Source: Negaprion brevirostris (taxonomy: Eukaryota). From it: DNA of 64,000 nucleotides. Below are positions 48,050-62,369 of the stretch, in pieces (position 1 is the stretch's first letter; the number at the start of each line of letters is the position of its first letter). The notes below the pieces were generated by a model. That model was not told the DNA's origin and made no database searches. It saw nothing but the letters and a program-made list of their open reading frames with translations. The position numbers and the translations under genes were made by a program. The stretch covers positions 73,338,803 to 73,402,802 of the forward strand of contig JARDVH010000025.1 of NCBI GenBank assembly GCA_030324005.1, read 5' to 3'.

Positions 48050-49330
48050 TGAAAAGCCGTGCTTTGGATGAAATGTTAGACTGAGGCTCTAAATTTGATG
48101 AAGTTTTGTTCAGATTGATTTATCCCTCTATGATTACAATCTGGTATGTCACTGCTCAACATGAAAAGACAACTTGATTTGGTAAGTCTTCTCACATTCC
48201 TTCTTTTCTCTTTCAGCTTTTTCCCATATTTTGTGGGGTCACCATAATGCTGGATGACCACCTCCATATCAACTATCAGTTTTTTAGATCTTGCCACTAA
48301 CCCTTCCCACTTTTACTATCTGGGGACCAACATTGATGCCCGCTGGCTTGCTGGTAGCAGCTTTCTCCCCACATCACCAGCATACTGTAATGCTTTAAAA
48401 TATATTGGATATAACATTAGTAATTATTAGATAGATCCTCAAATGATGCACTTTGATGATTCTGAGTCAATGAATCAGGGATGAGAATGGTGTTGTGGAT
48501 TTGCCAGGCTGCTTGTTAGATCCTGCTTTCTGTAAAAGATCAATATCTATGAGCGGTACAAAGACCACTCATTTTAGGAGTGTGATAGCTGACTTTTCAA
48601 ATAAATCAGATTATCCAAAGATGGAAGCACTTGCTGTATTTGAGACATCTCCAAAATTGACATCTCTTATTGTATCCCTAGTGTGTGTTGGAAAGTTAAA
48701 AAGCTTCCTCTTCATTCTTACCAAAGAGTCTGAAGGTTTTCCCACTTCTAACCATGCCATTTCATAGCTACTGAATGTGGGTGTCCTTTTCCTTTGTGAA
48801 AAATGTGAAGATAAAGAAAAACCTGGGATTAGTGCAAACTTGAAAGTCACCGAGGTATTGGCAGACATTCCATTGTAATTGTGCTTTCCGATGCAAACTA
48901 TGTGGTAATTGCTTGGTTTTTCCCTCAAACAGCACAACTCTTGTATTCAGAAGGCAAATAAGAAACATTAGATGGATGGGAAAAGGTTGTACTGATTGAT
49001 AGGCTGAGATATCCTGTGTACATCAAAACGTCTCATTCTTTTCTTCATTTACCCTGTGTGACCGAGTGGTTTGGTAATCAGTACAGTTTTCACCATTATT
49101 GCACAGGTACTTTGACGTGCACTGAGTTTTGTGAGGTCATTCATAACATTTTCAGGACTGTTTTGCCATTTTGAGGTGCTTGATGTGGTGTGACAGCCAT
49201 CCTATCTTAGTTCTGGGTAGCCTTACCCTCTCTGCTTTTTATCTCTTTCATGGAACCTTCTGAGAATCATGAGGCCTTGACCACAGCAGACAGGCTGAAT
49301 GCTGGTCCACTTATTCCCATTCTTCTTCAC
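48050..49330 (-). mobile_element. RTE-like LINE endonuclease relic
   Basis: Minus-strand IGKHNYN and CTNPRFFFIFTFFTKEKDTH resemble the APE-domain IGKHG..FC..N.L.I.NTFF.HK..H. Confidence 0.45.
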
Positions 49331-49956
49331 TGTGCTCTCTCTCTGCTCTGTTAACAGTTGGTTGTACTCTAGATCTTTGAACTATATTTCTCTCCTAATC
49401 AGTGTCTGATGTTGATTGACCAATGGGATTTTTGGTTTTAACCTATCTTGTTTATTAAATGTAAGCATTTAGGTTTTGGAGTCACAGATTATTTAAAATA
49501 AGTGGCCAAAAACGCAAGTGATTTTAAGGTAGTTTATCAAGAAGCAGTCGTTTACCCATTACAGATGAGAGTAATTTATTCATTCCTGGAGAGTGTGTTT
49601 ACCTCTACAGCTTGTGGCAGCAGCCTTCTGCTCAGTGGTTGAAGTGTTAGGAAACTCTCCCTCTGGTCTTCCTCCATCTGAAGGTCAGGCAGCTGCCTCA
49701 TGAGGACTGCTGTCTGCCCCTCCAGGCATCCATTGATCAGCGTATTTCTTGGGGCTGATTGTTTATCCTCTGACGGTTGCTTATCGAATGGCTGCAGTCA
49801 GTAATTATGTGACAGGTATCCAAGATGCTGGGGGGGTGGTGGTTTACCTCAACCCGTCCACAGTTTTAACTCAGTCATATTTTAGTTTACCTCCTGTGAG
49901 TTGTTAGCTCTTATTGGACATTTAAAGGGATATGGTATCATTTTATAAACTTGGGA

Positions 49957-50030
49957 ATGACAATATGAAATATGACAATATGACAATATGACAATATGAA
50001 GTCTCTGGAAATTGACATTTCCAGAGACTT
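49957..50030. repeat. (ATGACAAT)n tandem array abutting a perfect 14-bp hairpin
   Basis: About 5 units at 49957-50000; AAGTCTCTGGAAAT-tgac-ATTTCCAGAGACTT at 49999-50030. Confidence 0.95.
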
Positions 50031-51439
50031 TTTGTATTTTTCCGGAGTGAAAAGAGAAACAACATTTTGGCCTTGTACCATGTCGCCTGTCAAAGAATTC
50101 TATATTATTCTGAAAAACACCTTTTCTTAAAGTCCTGTTTCATACAAACTTAGACCCACTCCACTGCTTGTGGAAAATGGTGCATCTGAAGTCAGTGAAA
50201 TCACATGGAAGACCTGAATAAAAATCCAGGCCCATAACTCTATGGAGCAATTGCATCACTATATTCCTAATAATAGCACAAGCCTTTCTGTTTGTTCCAT
50301 AGTAAATTTGTCCTCCATCTGATTTGCTCGTTCCATCATTTCCTTTACTACACCCTCTGCTGTTTTGGATTTTTTCCCCTTTTTGTTCTTTCCCTTTCCC
50401 TTATGCACACACTGCTCTCCCACTAGGAGTGGTGGTTGCAACCTTAAATAGTTTAAATCTCTTTTGTCCTAATGTCTCAGGAATCTGAACCTTTCCTTTG
50501 TACAACATTTCTTAAGCAATTTCCTCCCTTGTGTGATTACCCTTGAACTGAGTTCATGAGGCACCAGACTAATCATAACATTTCTACCCTGAAAATCACA
50601 ATTTTCTTTCAAAGTCCTGTTGGGGGAGGGGGGGCGGTTTCAGAGGCTAAGTATTGAGCTTAACTTTAGATCATATAAAGACTCGCGACTACAATATCCT
50701 GGTGAAAGATGTTTCTTTGTTGACCAACACATGTTGGGAGACAAGTTCTGGGCAGTCTCCCAACATTTTCCTGACATTGGCAATATAATTATACAGTTTC
50801 CAAAAGTCATTTTACATACCCACTGGCTCATCTCAGTCAGAAATGAGCCAATCATCATTAGTACAGGTCAATCATTATTAGTACATGTCATATACCTTGA
50901 CCAATTACAGTTATCCTCTGACAGCATAGGAATAATGAGTTCTAATAATTTCTGCCTGTCTTTCCCATGCCCATCTGTTGCTCGTTCCAGACTCTCTACC
51001 TGGTTGAAGGCTTTGTCTATTCATTAAACTGTCTCATTGCTAGCTTTGTCCTTGGTTTATGAATATAAAATTCATAAGGACTGTCTAGAGTCCTTGCCGA
51101 TCAGAGCTATGCTTCTGTGATTGAATTGTTCACTTTACTGGACTATTTTCCCATGATGCCTGGGAACTCTGTGCCATTAGCTAAGCTGTAACACACTTTT
51201 TCAGAAATACATGTTTAAATTCTCTAACTGTGATTATATGTGTTTTTATGTGTTTCAATGCCGACAGTACTCTGTAAAATATATGTATAAGGCAGTCTGT
51301 GATTCTCATTCTAAGTTAATCCACTCTATTTTGATAGTCATTATTAGTGTTTTAGTCCTAGGGTATTTTGAATCCCTCTAACATCTCTTAACTCTCTTTT
51401 TAAGCTGTCAGTTCTGTTTGATGATATTATGGAGTCATA

Positions 51440-51970
51440 CTCATTACTAATAGTCATGTTTCAACTTTAGTGTACTTTGGATATATCTTATGTTGGTCAT
51501 TCCTGAATGTGCCAGTTCTTTGAGAGAACTATCCATTTTGTCTCCTGCTCTTGCCCCATATACCAGCTCATCTTTCCTTTTGAAATATATGTGCAATTCC
51601 CTTTCAAAAGTTACTACTGAATCTGCTTCCACTCATCTTTCACGCAGTGCATTTCAGATCATAATAACTCAGCGTTTGAAAAATAGCCTCCTCATCCTCA
51701 GCTTCTTCGGCCAATTACTTTAATCTGCACCATCTGATAATTCCTGCCAATAGAAACCATTTCTCCTCTACAATCCTCATAATTTTGAACAACTCTATTA
51801 AATCTCCCCTAAACCTTTTATATTCAAAAAAGAACCTGAGCTTCTCTAGTCCTGCCACATAACCAAAGTCCTCTACCCTTGGCATTATCAAGTAAATGCC
51901 CTCTGTTTGCTCTCCACGGCATTGAAATCCGTTCTAAAAGATGGTGCCCAGAATTGGATACGTTGGGTCT
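51440..51970 (-). mobile_element. CR1 LINE 3' portion
   Basis: EADSVVTFERELHIYFKRK on the minus strand; QFWAP motif near 51945-51960. Confidence 0.8.
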
Positions 51971-52444
51971 TGGTGCTCCTCACCCAGGGGGCAGTGCCAG
52001 GGTATTGCCCAATCATGTCCCCCCTGCTGTCCCCCAGGGTCTATATTTAATTGTGCGTCTCCTGCAGGTTCCCTTTGCTTAGTTTCTGTTTTTGAGAAGC
52101 AGGGAAATTCTAAATGTGGAGTAAGCCACTAATTATAATCAAATTTATTGAAATATAAACAAATCAGCCTCCGATATATGAAATTTTCAGTTGACCCAGC
52201 TGTAACAACTTTTTGGAGGAGTGCATTTCAGTTTTCCCCTATGCTTTGCGTGAGGAGGTGCTTCCTGCCATCACTTGTGAACATCCAAGTTCTAATTTTA
52301 ACATTACACTTTCTGGTTCTGGACTCCAGCACGAGCAGTTTCTTTTTACCCTATCCACTGCTTTAGACATCTTGAATTCCTGAATTAAATCATCCCATAA
52401 TCTTGCATACTGTAAGGAATGTCAACTTAGCCTTTGCAACCTGT

Positions 52445-54250
52445 CACAGAGGTTTACAGCATGGAAACAGGCTTTTTGGCCCAAGTTGGCCATGCAGACC
52501 TGTATTTTAAACCCCTAAGCTAATCCCAATTGCCCACATTTGATCCGTATCCCTCTATACCTATCTTATCCATGTAACTTTCTAAGTGCTTTTTAAAAGA
52601 CAGAATTGTACCCGCCCCTGCTATTACCTCTGGCAGCTTGTTCCAGACACTCACTACCCTNNNNNNNNNNNNNNNNNNNNNNNNNNNNNNNNNNNNNNNN
52701 NNNNNNNNNNNNNNNNNNNNNNNNNNNNNNNNNNNNNNNNNNNNNNNNNNNNNNNNNNNNNNNNNNNNNNNNNNNNNNNNNNNNNNNNNNNNNNNNNNNN
52801 NNNNNNNNNNNNNNCAGAGGAAAGGAGTCCCAGTTTATCCAGCCTCTCCTTATAACTCAAACCATCAAGTCCCTGTAGCATCCTGGGAAATCTTTTCTGC
52901 ATTCTTTCTAATTTAATAGTTCCCTTTCTATATTAGAGTGACCAGAACTGCACACAGTATTCCAAGTGTGGCCTTACCATTGTCTTGTACAACTTCAACA
53001 AGACGTCCGAACTCCTGTATTCAGTGTTCTGACTGATGAAACTGAGCGTGCCAAATGCCGCCTTCACCACCCTGTCCACCTGTGACTCCACTTTCAAGGA
53101 GCTATGAACATGTACCCTAGATCTCTCTGTTCTGTAACTCTCCCCAACACACTATCATTAACTGATTAAGTCCTGCCCTGCCCCAGATTCAGGCTACCAA
53201 AATGCATCACCTCGCATTTATCAAAATTAAACTCCATCTGCCATTCATCAGCCCACTGGCCCAACTGATCAAGATCCCATTGCAATCGGCGATAACTTCC
53301 TTCACTGTCCGCCATGCCACCAATCTTGGTGTCATCTGCAAACTTACTACTCATGCCCCTTATATTCTCATCCAAATCATGAATATAAATGACAAATAAC
53401 AGTGGACCCGGCACTGATCTCTGAGGCACACCACTGGTCACAGGCCTCCAGTTTGAAGAACAACCCTCTGCAGCCACCCTTGTATCCATTTAGGTACCTC
53501 ACCTTGGATCCCGTGAGATTTAACCTTATGCAGCAACCTACCATGCAGTACCTTGTTAAAGGCCCTGCTAAAGTCCATGTAGACAATATCAACTGCACTG
53601 CCCTCATCTACCTTCTTGATTACCCTTCAAAAAACTCAATCAAATTTGTGATACATGATTTGCCACTCGCAAAGCCATGCTGACTGTCCATAATGAGTCC
53701 TTGCATCGCTAAATGCCTGTAGATCCTGTCTATCAAAATACCTTCCAACAACTTACCCACCACAGGTGTGAGGCTCACTGGTCTGTAGTTCCCAGGCTTT
53801 TCCTTGCTGCCCTTTTTAAACAAAGGCACAACATTTGCCATTCTCCGATCTTCAGCACCTCACCCATGACGATCATGATTCAAATATCTTGGCTAGGGGA
53901 CCGGCAATTTCCTCCCTAGCCTCCCATAATGTCCTGGGATATGCTTCATCAGGTCCCGGAGATTTATCTATCTTGATGCACTTTAAGACTTCCAGCGCTC
54001 CTCCTCTGTAATATATGCACTTCACAAGATATCACTATTTATTTCTCCAAGTTCCCTCACATCCATGCTTTTCTCAATAGTAAATACTGATGAGAAATAC
54101 TCATTTACGATCTCACCCATCTCTTGTGGATCCGCACAAAGATGATCTTGTTGATTTTTAAGAGGCCCTACTCTCTCCCTTGTTACTTTTTTGCCCTTTT
54201 TGTATTTGTAGAAGCTCTTTGGATTCTCCTTTGCCTCATCTGCCAAAACA
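52445..54250 (-). mobile_element. Relatively young 5'-truncated CR1 LINE (ORF2 RT, frameshifted)
   Basis: ORF fragments KENPKSFYKY..VGPLK..NEYFSSVFT, ANVVPLFKKGSKEKPGNYRPVSLT..SQHGF..KSCITNLIEFFE, VTSGVPQRSVPGPLLFVIYIHDLD..SKFADDTKIGG, GLSYKERLDKLGL; 3' UTR at 52445-52660. Confidence 0.97.
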
Positions 54251-56007
54251 ACCTCATCCTATTAATTTAACCCAAACTGTTAATTTTTTCAGTTGTAGCT
54301 TCAGTACAGATCAGCAGACTGATCGCCAAAAGTTGTCAAAAAAGAATTTGTGGACTTNNNNNNNNNTATCCGTAGAAAGCGATATTTCTCCTCGAGGTGC
54401 CTGTCTCCAAGGCATACTAATACATCTTTACTACAATTACCAACAAGTGACTTGGCAGTCTGTGTTTTCATGTTTTCAGCCCTGTGATTTGGAGTGGGGG
54501 GGTGTGTTGATGGGGTGGGAGGGGGGTGTCAGTATACTTTAATGTTATGCTAATACACCACTTTGTGATCAATTTATCACCCCTCAAATCCCCCTCATAG
54601 TGTCCATCATCACTGCCAGGATGTTACCATAGTGTTTGTATACAATTTGAAATGCTTTCTCTGGTTACCATCAAATTTTGGAAGGGCAAACAGAAATGTT
54701 GATTGCAACAGTTCCAATATTGTAAAAAAAAAAATTCACATCATGACACTATTAAAATCCTTATGAGGATTATAAGTGCCATTCACAATGACATTTTAAT
54801 TCTTCCAAAACCACCATGTTTTTGTAAGGTGAAAAGATTTCAGGTTCTTTTTCAGTCTTTCTATCATTGGAACAGTAGAGGGCAGAGTTGTCTGGGATGT
54901 GAATTCTTAAAGCTATTTATCTCAATACATTGTTATTTTTTAAATTATTGTATCATCTTGGCTGTTTTATTAAAGCCGTTTGAGAGATGAAGCAACTTTT
55001 CTACTGTATATTGAAATAGTTTATATTTGTGAATAATTATTTCTTTAGTTATGCCCTTGTAACATTATACATAAGTATCTAACAGATGTTATACTGTAGA
55101 AAACTATGAATAATGTAAAGATTGAAATATTTTTCAACTTTCAGAAATTTTGTGATAGAAAATTAAATTCTCCTTTTTCTATCATTGGTGTACAATACAT
55201 GACAAAAGACAGCCCACATGAGTGAGCACAAAGCACTCTTGGCTGTGGAAAATTGAAGCCTGTTCTGTATGTGGGTGCTCTGCAACTTTCCTCTTCTCAG
55301 TATATTTTGTGTAGTGACTTACTCCTCTAGGTCCTCAGTGACTGGCATTTTTAGATATTAGACCAACAAGATATAGCATGATTAAATTGTGCAATTTGTT
55401 AGCAAAATGTCTATATTTATTTCTTATGTTCAACAACACTGAATGAAAACCAAAAGTTTGGAGTTATTGCCTCTTGAGCATTGTAAATGTTCTGATATTT
55501 TTAAACAATGTACCCTTTAAGAACTGGTTTCAGATTTTCCAACACAATTCCTTTTATGCTTTCTAATCACTTACACCTCAAAAGGCTAGAAGATGTGTCC
55601 CTCATTTTCATAAAGATCCTTCTAGCTACTCAGAACTGCTCCAAACTCTTGTTTCTAATGTTGAAGGAGTAATCTGAATTAACATGTGCAGCATTGCTAT
55701 TTAAAATCAAATTTGTTACCAAATTTCACCAAACTGCCTGAGATGTCAGGTCCTGGACTCCAAATCTGGGTTTGGAAGTCAAGTGGACCCATTTCCACTT
55801 GCTTTATCATGCTGAGGAAGACAGAACTCTCAGCCTATGTGTTCTTCCTGTCAGTTATTTCCCGTTCAGTAGATGGGACTGTATGCTGAGCAGGAAAGTT
55901 GTGCCCCAAGCAAGACGTACGGAAGCTGTAGGAAAGGCCAGGAGCCAGAGGTTTGGAACCCTGGTTTCATACGTGGCTGTTCCACAGCACCCTAGCTCGC
56001 TTTATGT

Positions 56008-56545
56008 CAGGAATTCACCAGAAATGCGATGAATTCTCAGCCCCCCCCAAAATAAATGGCAGATAGTATACAAATTAAACGGATAAATCTTCCAGTCTCC
56101 AGATCATCACAGACTGCATGTATGACTGAGGTGTGTCTGGACCCTGTGGAAGTCCTGATGCACTGACCTCCATGGGAATTGCCTGAGATGTTTGAACCTC
56201 CAACGGGCAATTTCACTGCTCCCTGGATCGTCTGCACATGTCTCCGACTCCGAGTTAGACAGTTACTCCTATCATTCTCAGTGACCATTGCCACCTCACT
56301 TGACTACCCTGTTGACCCAACCTGACTACTCCTTGCTACCCCAGCCTGACAACCCAATTAACCTCCAGACCTGACTACCCACCTCATCCCTAGATCCACT
56401 TCATTAACCTTCAAATTCATCATTTAAATTTACCATATGGCAAATGGTGCTATAAGAAAGGGTTATGTCCCGTCTTTCCCTGACTCTATGTTTCAACAGA
56501 GCTCTCCAAGGAATGTGTGCCCTGCATTTCTGGGGAAACGGATTG
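56008..56545. mobile_element. MITE-like relic
   Basis: TTCACCAGAAATGC (about 56014) and GCATTTCTGGGGAA (about 56524) form a 13/14 inverted pair; internal ACTACCC/ACCTGAC repeats. Confidence 0.45.
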
Positions 56546-57384
56546 GAAATTCCTGGAAGAAATACATAGCAAAGTTGGGGATGGGGTTGGGTGGGGGCCA
56601 CGATTTTTGAGTGGATCAACAATCCAATGATAATTATAGCTCTTTGGAAGATCTGGGTCACCAACAGTTGGAATTAAGTGAATACGCCACCTTCAAATGC
56701 TGCTACAAACAGCCTCTGAACAGTCAATAGATTCAAATAATTTGGTTAATTAATTCATAGCTGCATTGCTCAGATGAGATTTCACTGCTAAGAGTACAGT
56801 CTTCAAAAGCAGTCATTGGAATCATGCCCATAATTACTAATATATAAAATAAGGCCACACCTAAGTTTTCCAGATTATATATGCCTAAACATGTATATGC
56901 ATTGTACCAAATCTAACCCAGAAAGAATAGATCATTTACTCAGTTTATTCTCTGTGGGTGGTGAGAACTTCAAACAATACCATGTATAGGGTAATCAACT
57001 GAGTTTTGCCTCAACAATTCCAGTGCTTTCTCAAACTATGTTCCATCATTGAGCAAATTCATGTGTACAATACTGTTGTCTCTGCAGCAATTAATTTGTT
57101 TTTCAGATCAGTGTTTGTGATTTTTACTTTATATTTGAAGATTATCAATGTAAAAAAAAAATCCTTAAAGAAGGTAAAATCTCAGGGTTTTTTGGACTTG
57201 TGTTTTCCTGAGGTGGATTTAAACAAAGGAAGGAATTGCATTTTTCTTTAGTGTCTCATCACTTCCCTCAGAAAATGTTTTGATGCTCAATGAACGTATC
57301 CAATGGTCATTTCACACAGAACAAGGCTCCAGAAACAATTGTGTTGATAAGTTTCATCTGTTTATAATGTTAACTGATAAGAAT

Positions 57385-57720
57385 GGAGTGGCACCATGAC
57401 ACAGTGGTTAGCACTACTGCCTCCCATCGCTAGGGACCCGTGTTCAGTTCCAGCATTGGGTGGCTGTGTGGAGCTTGCACATTCTGCCAGTGTCTGCGTG
57501 GGTTTCCTTTGGGTGCTCTGGTTGCCTCCCGTAGTCCAAAGATCTGCGGATTAGGTGGATTGGCCATATTAAATTGCCCCAATATGTGTGTGTCTGGGGT
57601 ATTAGTGGGGTAAACGTGGGGTTATGGGGATAGAACTTGGGTGGGTTGCTCTGTCAGAGAGTTGGTGTAGACACAATGGGCCGAATAGTCTCCTGACTGC
57701 ACTATAGGGATTCTATGAAT
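57385..57720 (+). mobile_element. Full-length HE1-type V-SINE
   Basis: tRNA head, V-domain and tail ..CACTATAGGGATTCTATG all present. Confidence 0.92.
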
Positions 57721-58409
57721 GAGGTAAGTCCTTGAGCCCACTTGAGCTACACAGAAAAACTTTACGATCCTTTAATAATTTGAACCATCTCATTTAAATT
57801 ACCATTGCAGTTCAGATTGAAGTAAGGATTCAAACTTTATTTTTCTTCACCATTTCTTGTTCAGTAATTCAACAAAATTACATTCTGGGCTCCTCTGAAA
57901 GTGAAAATCCTATGTTTCTCAGTTATGGAAAGAATCTTCACCAAGACATCAGGTGAACTCTCTACTCTTCAGTAATGAAGTCTTTAACTTGTAGGTTAGC
58001 CACTGGAACAGGCAGATTGGTCCTTGGGTCTGAATTTTTTGTCCATTGGCATGTGCACTTGGTGGACCCGGAAGCTGGCATGAAACATGTTTCCAGCTGT
58101 AATTGGCCCCAGAACACATTATCACGCTGGCAGCTCAATCAACGGGCAGTTAGTGTGTGCTTAGAAGAGGCTAAGCACTGCTGGGGAGGACAGGAAGAGG
58201 GTGGGTGTCAAGGAAAAGGAGGGAACAGATTAGTGTTCCTAAGGGATTTACTCTTGGGGACAGCCACTGTGGAGCTGCCTCAGGGGGCTGCAGACTGTAC
58301 AAGATAAATCTTAATGGAAAAATGCTACAAACCTTATCTAGGTAGTACATTCCCCAGACACCTTTTTAAACTTTATTTCAAACCCTGACATTTTATTCTG
58401 CTATGGACT

Positions 58410-58820
58410 TTTTTATTCATTCATGGGACATGGGCGTCACTTGTTAGACGAGCATTTATTGCCCATCCCTAGTTTCTCTTGAGAAGGTGACAGTGAGCTC
58501 CCTCTTGACAACTGAGTGGCTTGCTAGGCCATTTCAGAGGGGAATTGAGAATCAACCATATTGCTGGGGCTCTGGAGTCACATGTAGGCTCCACAAGGAC
58601 AACGGAGTTCCTGCCCTAAAGGGCATGAGTGAACCAGATGGTTTTTTCCGACAATCAACAATGGTTTTCTGATCATTGAATTTTTAATTCCAGATTTTTT
58701 TTAAAAATTGTATAAAAATCAACGCTCTACCGTGGTGGGATTCGAACCCGGGTCCCCAGAACATTTAGCTGAGTTTCTGGATTAATAGTCTAGCAGTGGT
58801 ACTACAAGGTCATCATCTCC
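58410..58820 (-). mobile_element. tRNA-derived SINE (family of 26823-27180), near full length
   Basis: Reverse complement has B-box GGGTTCGAATCCCACC near 58735-58750; shared LINE tail at 58410-58490. Confidence 0.85.
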
Positions 58821-60339
58821 TCAGGGTTGCAGCTAAAAATTAAAGGCTGCCTGGCCAACCTGCTTAGTTGCCAATCGTAAAAGTAGATGGGCCATGTAAA
58901 ATTTAGCTAAACAAAATGGGCTAAGTTGCCTGTGTGATTGTCGGCTGGTGCACCTCTGACACCCATACGTGCCTAACGTCTTCTCGCTCAATTTCATGTG
59001 CTTCCAGGTGGGCTGTGCCCACCAGAGCAATATAAAATTTTGACCTTGGTTTGAAGTCATAACCAGTGGGTGGAATCTCCAACAATGCAGCAAATAGTTT
59101 TGAAAGACTGTCAACTGATCTTATGTTCTCACATTTTGCTGTGGAGTGCAGTCCACAATGTTCATCAGCGGTAAGGATGCTACAAACTGAGCCAAGCTGA
59201 GGCAAACAATATCTATATTAAAAGTCGTGTCTAGGTTTGTACTTCCTGCATGTATTCACCTTGCTCCCTGGTGTCAGTCTTTCTCAATCACACCTAAACA
59301 TTCAGTATTTTTGTTGCCAGCATTTTGCTGTCACATGTCACTGATCTTAAAACAACAGAAAATCAAAACTGAAGGTAAGGAACAAGCATGGAAAGTAAAG
59401 CTAGAAAACTGCCAGTGGGCAACACCTTGTGGGTGGGGGGGGGTGCAAAAAAACAATGAACAGTCAGCAGAACCCACTAAGAAAAAAGAAGCATTTACAT
59501 CTAAAAACAGACAGAAATTTTATCTGCTTTTTGTTTTACAAAATGATTTTTTTCTCCAAATCAATTTTTAAACAAAATAAAAACATCAAAAATATATATT
59601 TCGTAGAAGTTCTTTTTATCTTCGAAAAGTTTGATTAACATTTTTACCTGAAAACCTCAGCCTATGCTAAATGTTTAGGCTCAGAACTGTGACTTTAATA
59701 GTTGGAAAAAATTTCCTACATTGTTTGTAGGTGTGGAATATGCAATATTTCAGGATGTGTCAGGAACATTTGTTAATGTACAGTACTTGCTCAGCTTCTG
59801 GTAGTATTACTCTTTTTCAATTAATTTTTGAAGAAATGTCAAATTAACCAATTTTTCAAGCTTTAGTCAGATGATGTATAGTTTTTTTGAACAGCATGAC
59901 TTTGTGTGTGAAAAAGAATGCACCAGGAAAAGGAAGCCATCCCTTTTCAAAAGTCCCTTTGAACTGCAGAGTACGTATTTCCTGCAGCCTTGTTTTCCTG
60001 ATTGAATTATAAATGTTTTATTATTTATATTTCACAGTTGATATGTCAAACATTGTCATGTTTTTGAAAAGAATTTGAATGTAAACTGATAGTGAATTTA
60101 AATATATTTCTAACAGATCTTGAGAAACACTGACAGTACCATAGATGGATTCTAATTTGGCAGTGGTTTTCTAGTGGGAAAGCTGGGCAGGAATTTGGTG
60201 CTGATATAGGATGGAAAAGGAAGCAGGCTGACACAGAATTTCCCAATACTGTTCGACATGCCAGTTTTCCGCCATGGCCCTGACTCCCGGCCATTTTCCT
60301 GGAGGCCTGCAGAACATCCACTTTTTAAAAATCTGTGTG

Positions 60340-61030
60340 CAGAATGTGGGCGTCACTGGATAGGCCAGCATTTATTGCCCATTCCTAATTGCCCTTGAGA
60401 ATGTGATGGTGAGCTGTTCTTTAAGATGTGCTAAGTCTTGAGGCTCTCCCTCACCTGCAGCAACAGGCTGTAGCTCCTTAATTTCTTGAACTGCTGCAGG
60501 CCTCTTGGTACAGGTCAACCCACAGCACTGTGATAGATACAGTTTCAGAATTTTGACCCAGTGAAGAAATAATGATATTGTTCCAAGTCAGAATGGTGAG
60601 TGGTTTAGAGGGAAACTTCCAGGTGGTGATGTTGCCATGTATCTGTTGCCCTTGTCCTTCTCAGTGGAAGAAATTGCTTTTGATATGCTCTCTCTAAGGA
60701 ACCTTGGTAAATTTCTGCAGTGAATCTTGTAGATGGTACACACTATTGCCATGTGCATCACTGGTGGAAGGAGTGAATATTTGTGCATGGGGTGCCAACC
60801 AATCAGGCTGCTTTGCCCTTGAGAGAGCAAGCTTTTTGATTGTTGTTGGAGCTGCCCTCATCCAGACCAATGGAAAATATTCCATCAACTTTTGACTTGT
60901 GCTTTGTAGATGGTGGATAAGCTTTGGGGAATCTGGAGGTGAATTGTTAAGTTTCCTAGCCACACTTCTCGTGCAGCCATGGTAGTCGTATAGCTGGTTC
61001 AGTTCAGTTTCTGGTCAATGGTAACCCCTA
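60340..61030 (-). mobile_element. CR1/L2-group LINE 3' portion
   Basis: MEYFPLVWMRAAPTTIKKL and AIVCTIYKIHCRNLPRFL on the minus strand; 3' tail at 60340-60420. Confidence 0.85.
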
Positions 61031-62369
61031 GTTGTGTAGATTGTTAACTCTATTTAATCCCCCTCCACACTTGTGGTTTGGCAGCTGTGGCCATTTACTC
61101 AGCTTAATTCTTTAAGGTGTGCTCTGTTTTGAGGCTGTCCCTTACCTGCAGCAGCAGGTTGCAGCTACTTAATTTCTTGAGAATATCCTATTGACCGTTA
61201 AGCTTCAAGAGGCTGTCCACCATTCTTAATTGAGCTTTACCTCTGGTCATTAATTAATCCATTCTTCCAAAATGATATCAGCTGACTGTGTTTCTGAAGT
61301 GCTGTGGTGTTTGGACCTGGCATTGATCCCAAATCAGGATCCTGACCCCATTTGGAAAATTCTGCCATTGATGTTAGACAGTGCAGAAGCAATCCAAAGG
61401 ATAGGAAGTTGTGGAGTAACAGAAATGAATATCTTGAGCACACAGTTGAACATGGATCTTCATGCCTTTAGATGATGCAGATCAGTAGCATGGAAATAAG
61501 GAATGAGGAATGGGTTGGGATGTCAAGGATGAATCCATGGCTGACTGGTAGTGATGGTACTGAGAGAAACAACATTAATTCTGGTATTGACTGAGGTGTG
61601 ATTTATACAAGACTGATGAAATATTTAAAGAGAAATCAAATGCTTGTCTCTACAATTATGTTATTCATGTTTCACCAGAAGAGAAATCACAAGAAATTAT
61701 CCATGGTCCAAATCAGTCCATCATGTTTCTGATGTATTTGTAGAATGATGCAGTACAGAAACAGGCCATTTACCTCATGAAGTTCAGCTAGTGTTTTTCT
61801 CTAGTTCAAACTCATTCTCTAGCTCACTACTCTTTTTGTTGAAAGGGTTGCATATCCTTCATGTTGAAGCCTGGTATTTCACCAACATTTCAAGACAGCA
61901 AAACCATCAGAAATCAATTTTCTCACTTCAATATTACTTTTCTTTGTCTTCAGTAGGGTTCTTGTTCCTTTACATAGGTCAAAGATATACATTAGCTATC
62001 TCATATATATCTCTGAGATAACAAATGAATGATTATGTGCACCTCAATGTGAATATTTAGACAAAACAGGAAACAAACAACATTTAATTTGGAAATGTTC
62101 AAGTTCAGCCTAACTGGCTGCCTGAATGCAGAGCTTTCTAATCAAAGAAGAACAAAAGTCAGTAGGGGATGGGGCATGCTTGTAATTCCTCCACCTGTAT
62201 TTTTATTTTGTGTATTAAAAATTAAATTCCTTTTTTCTCTGAGGCTGTCTGTTTGGTAAATCAAGCTTTTACTTGCTTTCACAATTCTGATTAGATGGGT
62301 TATATATGGTTAAGCAACATTGTCTTGTTTTTAAACAGTTTTTTTCCAGTTAGGAAATGGCATTTGACT

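Noticed and set aside
49560-49860. Possible 5' region of a HERO/NeSL-type non-LTR element
   Set aside because: Only a vague resemblance, with no diagnostic motif
52654-54246. RT-like ORFs as a functional gene
   Set aside because: Frameshifted, 5'-truncated CR1 ORF2 with a deletion; not intact
58730-58815. tRNA gene
   Set aside because: B-box is present but it is the head of a SINE; no complete cloverleaf
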